The notes beneath the pieces are model-generated. The model ran no database searches, was not told the DNA's origin, and was given only the letters and a program-made list of their open reading frames with translations. From an uncultured Arcobacteraceae bacterium (GTDB lineage Bacteria > Campylobacterota > Campylobacteria > Campylobacterales > Arcobacteraceae): DNA of 64,000 nucleotides. Made by a program: the position numbers and the translations under genes. Positions within the stretch are counted from its first letter, which is position 1; each line of letters starts with the position of its first letter. Location of the stretch: positions 320,001-384,000 of the forward strand of contig CAXHZO010000001.1 of assembly GCA_964022095.1 (NCBI GenBank). The letters run 5' to 3'. This document shows positions 61,015-64,000 of this stretch, in pieces.

Positions 61015-61920
61015 ATGCAAAAAAAACACCAAAAAGTTCAAGTACTACTTGATGCAATACCACATATTAAGAAATTTTTCGGGAAAACCATAGTTATAAA
61101 ATATGGAGGATCTGCTCAAACAAGTCCAGAACTAAAAGAAAAATTTGCAGAGGATATAGTACTACTTTCACTTGTAGGAATTAAACCTGTTATTGTTCAT
61201 GGTGGTGGGGCTAGAATTTCTGAACTATTAGAAAAACTAGAGATTCATTCAGAGTTTATTGATGGGCATAGAGTTACTAGTGAAGAGACTATGAGAGTAG
61301 TTGAAATGGTTTTAAGTGGTGAAATTAATAAAAATATTACTTCACTTTTAAATCATCATGGTGCAAAAGCAATTGGTATTTCAGGAAAAGACTCAGCAAT
61401 AATCAAAGCTACTCCAAAAGATAATGGAAAATTCGGATACACAGGTGTTATTACTGAAGTAAATGGAACTATGATTAATAATCTTATCAAAGAAGGTTTC
61501 ATTCCAGTTATTGCTCCAATTGCAGATAGTGCAGAACCTAATCATCCAGGTTTTAATATCAATGCAGATGTAGCAGCATCTAAAATAGCACAAGCTATTG
61601 GTGCCCAAAAAGTACTATTCTTAACAGATACAGTTGGAGTACTTGATAAAGAGGGTAACTTATTAAATTCATTAGATAAACAAGATGTTAAAAGTTACAA
61701 AGATGATGAAACAATCGCAGGGGGAATGATCCCAAAAGTTGATTCATGCATTGACGCAATTTACAACGGTGTAAATAAAGCTCACATCATAGATGGAAGA
61801 GTTGAGCACTCAATTTTATTAGAACTATTTACTAGTGATGGAGTTGGCACTCAATTTTTAAGAAAAGACAATCCAAACAATGGCATTGATATGGAAAAAC
61901 TATTAAACGAGGAAGCATAA
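61015..61920 (+). CDS. argB: Acetylglutamate kinase
   Basis: VIKYGG, VHGGG, NINADVAA, GGMIPKV, IIDGR. Confidence 0.96.
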   Translation: MQKKHQKVQVLLDAIPHIKKFFGKTIVIKYGGSAQTSPELKEKFAEDIVLLSLVGIKPVIVHGGGARISELLEKLEIHSEFIDGHRVTSEETMRVVEMVLSGEINKNITSLLNHHGAKAIGISGKDSAIIKATPKDNGKFGYTGVITEVNGTMINNLIKEGFIPVIAPIADSAEPNHPGFNINADVAASKIAQAIGAQKVLFLTDTVGVLDKEGNLLNSLDKQDVKSYKDDETIAGGMIPKVDSCIDAIYNGVNKAHIIDGRVEHSILLELFTSDGVGTQFLRKDNPNNGIDMEKLLNEEA

Positions 61921-61921
61921 A

Positions 61922-63403
61922 ATGAATTTTATAGAAACTAGAGGAAATGACGGTGTTAAACCTAGTGAAGTAACATTTAGTGAAGCTATTTTAAGCCCAA
62001 GTGCTTCATTTGGTGGACTTTATGTACCAAAAGAGTTACCTAAATTAGAAGATAACTTTTTACAAAACCATTTAAACTCTACATACAAAGAGTTAGCATA
62101 TGATATTTTAAAAGCTTTTAAAATTGATATTGAAGAAGTAGAAATTCAAAAAGCATTAGATTTATATGACAATTTTGATGATCCATCAAATCCTTGTCCT
62201 GTAGTAAAAGTAAAAGATGACTTATTTGTTCATGAACAATATCATGGCCCAACTAGAGCATTTAAAGATATGGCATTACAACCATTTGGTTCAATTTTAA
62301 GTTCAATTGCAAAAGCTAAAAATGAAAAATATCTTATTTTAGCAGCAACATCAGGTGATACAGGACCAGCTGCACTTAATACTTTTAAAAACAAAGAGAA
62401 TATTCAAGTTGCATGTTTATATCCAGATGGAGGAACAAGTGATGTTCAAAGATTACAAATGGTTTGTGAAGATGGGAAAAACCTTAAAGTAATTGGAATT
62501 CATGGTAACTTTGACGATGCACAAAGTGCACTTAAAAATTTACTTGCTTCTGATTCATTTAAAGAAGAGCTAAAAAATGATGGTATTAAATTAAGTGCTG
62601 CAAATTCAGTAAACTTTGGAAGAATTATATTTCAAATAATTTATCATTTTTGGTCATATATTCAATTACTTAAACAAGAAGAGATTAAATTTGGTGAAAA
62701 AATTTATTTAGTAGTTCCATCTGGAAATTTTGGAAATGTACTTGGTGGTTTTTATGCACTTCAAATGGGTGTTCCAATTGAAAAACTTTTAGTTGCTTCA
62801 AATGAAAACAAGATCTTAACTGAATGGATTAATACAGGTGTTTATGATATTAATGACAAAGAGTTAAAACTTACAAAATCACCTGCAATGGATATTTTAA
62901 AATCATCAAATATAGAAAGAGTAATTTATTCACTATATGGAGCAGAAAGAACAAAAGAGATGATGGAAAGTCTAAATAGTAACAAAAAGTTTGTAATGAG
63001 TGAAGATGAAACAAAACAGTTACAAAAATATTTCAGTGCAATTAACTCAAATGATACATATGGAGCAAAAGTTATCAAATCGTTTTTAGATGAAGGATAC
63101 CTTATGGATCCACATACAGCCACTTGTATAAAAGCATATGAAGATTTAAAAGAAAAAGATTTAAAAACTGTTATTTATTCAACTGCTGAGTGGACAAAGT
63201 TCTCTCCTACAGTACTAAATGCATTAAAAGAAAATAATGAAAAATATGCAGATAAAGAAGCTTTAGAAGAAATATCTTCAAAATATGATGCAAACTTACC
63301 TCAAAGTATTAAAGAACTATTTAACTCAAAAATACTACATGATTCAATTATTGACAAAGACAATATTGAGTCACAAATCGTTAAATTCATTAGAGAATCA
63401 TAA
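61922..63403 (+). CDS. thrC: Threonine synthase
   Basis: HGPTRAFKDMAL, ATSGDTG, SAANSVNFGR, VPSGNFGN, DPHTA. Confidence 0.96.
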   Translation: MNFIETRGNDGVKPSEVTFSEAILSPSASFGGLYVPKELPKLEDNFLQNHLNSTYKELAYDILKAFKIDIEEVEIQKALDLYDNFDDPSNPCPVVKVKDDLFVHEQYHGPTRAFKDMALQPFGSILSSIAKAKNEKYLILAATSGDTGPAALNTFKNKENIQVACLYPDGGTSDVQRLQMVCEDGKNLKVIGIHGNFDDAQSALKNLLASDSFKEELKNDGIKLSAANSVNFGRIIFQIIYHFWSYIQLLKQEEIKFGEKIYLVVPSGNFGNVLGGFYALQMGVPIEKLLVASNENKILTEWINTGVYDINDKELKLTKSPAMDILKSSNIERVIYSLYGAERTKEMMESLNSNKKFVMSEDETKQLQKYFSAINSNDTYGAKVIKSFLDEGYLMDPHTATCIKAYEDLKEKDLKTVIYSTAEWTKFSPTVLNALKENNEKYADKEALEEISSKYDANLPQSIKELFNSKILHDSIIDKDNIESQIVKFIRES

Positions 63404-63563
63404 GATTCTTTAATGGCAAATATCCTATAAAAAACTTGCTTTACTTGTGTAAATTCTTCTCAAAAACTTCTACATAAGTTTTCCTTATGACTTAAATCAA
63501 TTCAATTTAAGTATGAAAATTATATAATAACCTGATTTAAAACTAAAAAAAAGGAAGCCAAAT

Positions 63564-64000
63564 ATGTCTAACGAAACAAATAGACGAGATTTTATTGGTT
63601 ACTCATTTGCTGCAGTTGCTGCAGTAGGTGGTGCTGCGTCGCTTGTTGGTATGAAACAAGTTTGGGATCCATTACCAAGCGTTCTTGCTGGTGGATTTAC
63701 TAAATTTGACCTAAGTACTTTAAAAGCAGGTACTCCAGAAGTTATTACATGGAGGGGTAAACCTATCTTTGTTCTTAAAAAAACAGCTGATATGGAGCCA
63801 AGTGAAAGAGATTTAGTTATCGGTGAAGATAGATTCACTGTTGTTATTGGATTATGTACACACTTAGGATGTATTCCTGCTTGGAAAAAAACTCAATGGA
63901 AATGTGCCTGTCACGGTGGAGAGTTTAACTCTTCTGCAAAAAATACTTTTGGTCCACCACCAAGACCTCTTGATTTAGCTCCATTTAGTGTTTCTGGTAC
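63564..64000 (+). CDS. petA: Rieske Fe-S subunit of the cytochrome bc1 complex, truncated by the window edge
   Basis: MSNETNRRDF Tat anchor, WRGKP, CTHLGC, CACHGG, GPPPRPL; AAGGA RBS; not in the ORF track. Confidence 0.93.
   Translation, partial: MSNETNRRDFIGYSFAAVAAVGGAASLVGMKQVWDPLPSVLAGGFTKFDLSTLKAGTPEVITWRGKPIFVLKKTADMEPSERDLVIGEDRFTVVIGLCTHLGCIPAWKKTQWKCACHGGEFNSSAKNTFGPPPRPLDLAPFSVSG

Noticed and set aside
63443-63479. 9-bp hairpin with C/U-rich loop upstream of petA
   Set aside because: Stem too short and loop lacks CUCC; could be chance
2488-63838. Short ORF-track entries antisense to, or out of frame within, well-supported genes (e.g. 2488-2775, 3926-4183, 11651-11923, 32448-32801, 41416-41859, 63599-63838)
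   Set aside because: Shadow ORFs with no recognisable motifs, overlapping conserved genes
1-64000. CRISPR arrays, tRNA/rRNA genes, IS elements, prophage or defence islands
   Set aside because: No regularly spaced repeats, cloverleafs, transposase/integrase ORFs or compositional islands seen by eye

Overview
AT-rich chromosomal window from a Campylobacterota bacterium, most likely Arcobacteraceae (inferred from the epsilon-type napAGHBFLD and nrfHAI gene order, stand-alone atpB, short hisG and an AddA-like helicase). It carries cytochrome bd (DUF4492-cydAB plus small ORFs), rpsO, moaA, a nitrate-respiration region (Crp/Fnr regulator, NarX-like sensor, cobA, nap, nrf), phoD, serS, trpS, hisG, coaX, exporters, a porin, a putA locus with a Liv-type ABC transporter, trmD-rplS, metE, ilvA, atpB, argB, thrC and the start of petA. 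I saw no rRNA, tRNA, CRISPR array or mobile element. The most striking unexplained structures are: (1) four sequence-unrelated intergenic long hairpins (about 18-25 bp stems) whose G-U wobbles all favour the strand carrying an anti-Shine-Dalgarno CUCC(U/C) motif in the loop; (2) a Cys-rich 113-aa leader ORF ending in RTGVHPP, whose stop codon lies in a stem that pairs with part of the metE ribosome-binding site (arrest-peptide-like layout); (3) a stand-alone ribbon-helix-helix protein and an unknown partner with a tandem operator-like repeat, heading the transporter-putA cluster; (4) a NarX-like nitrate sensor with no kinase or MCP output, coupled to a Crp/Fnr regulator, with identical class II boxes at napA and nrfH. 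All structures were read by eye; no folding or database search was run.
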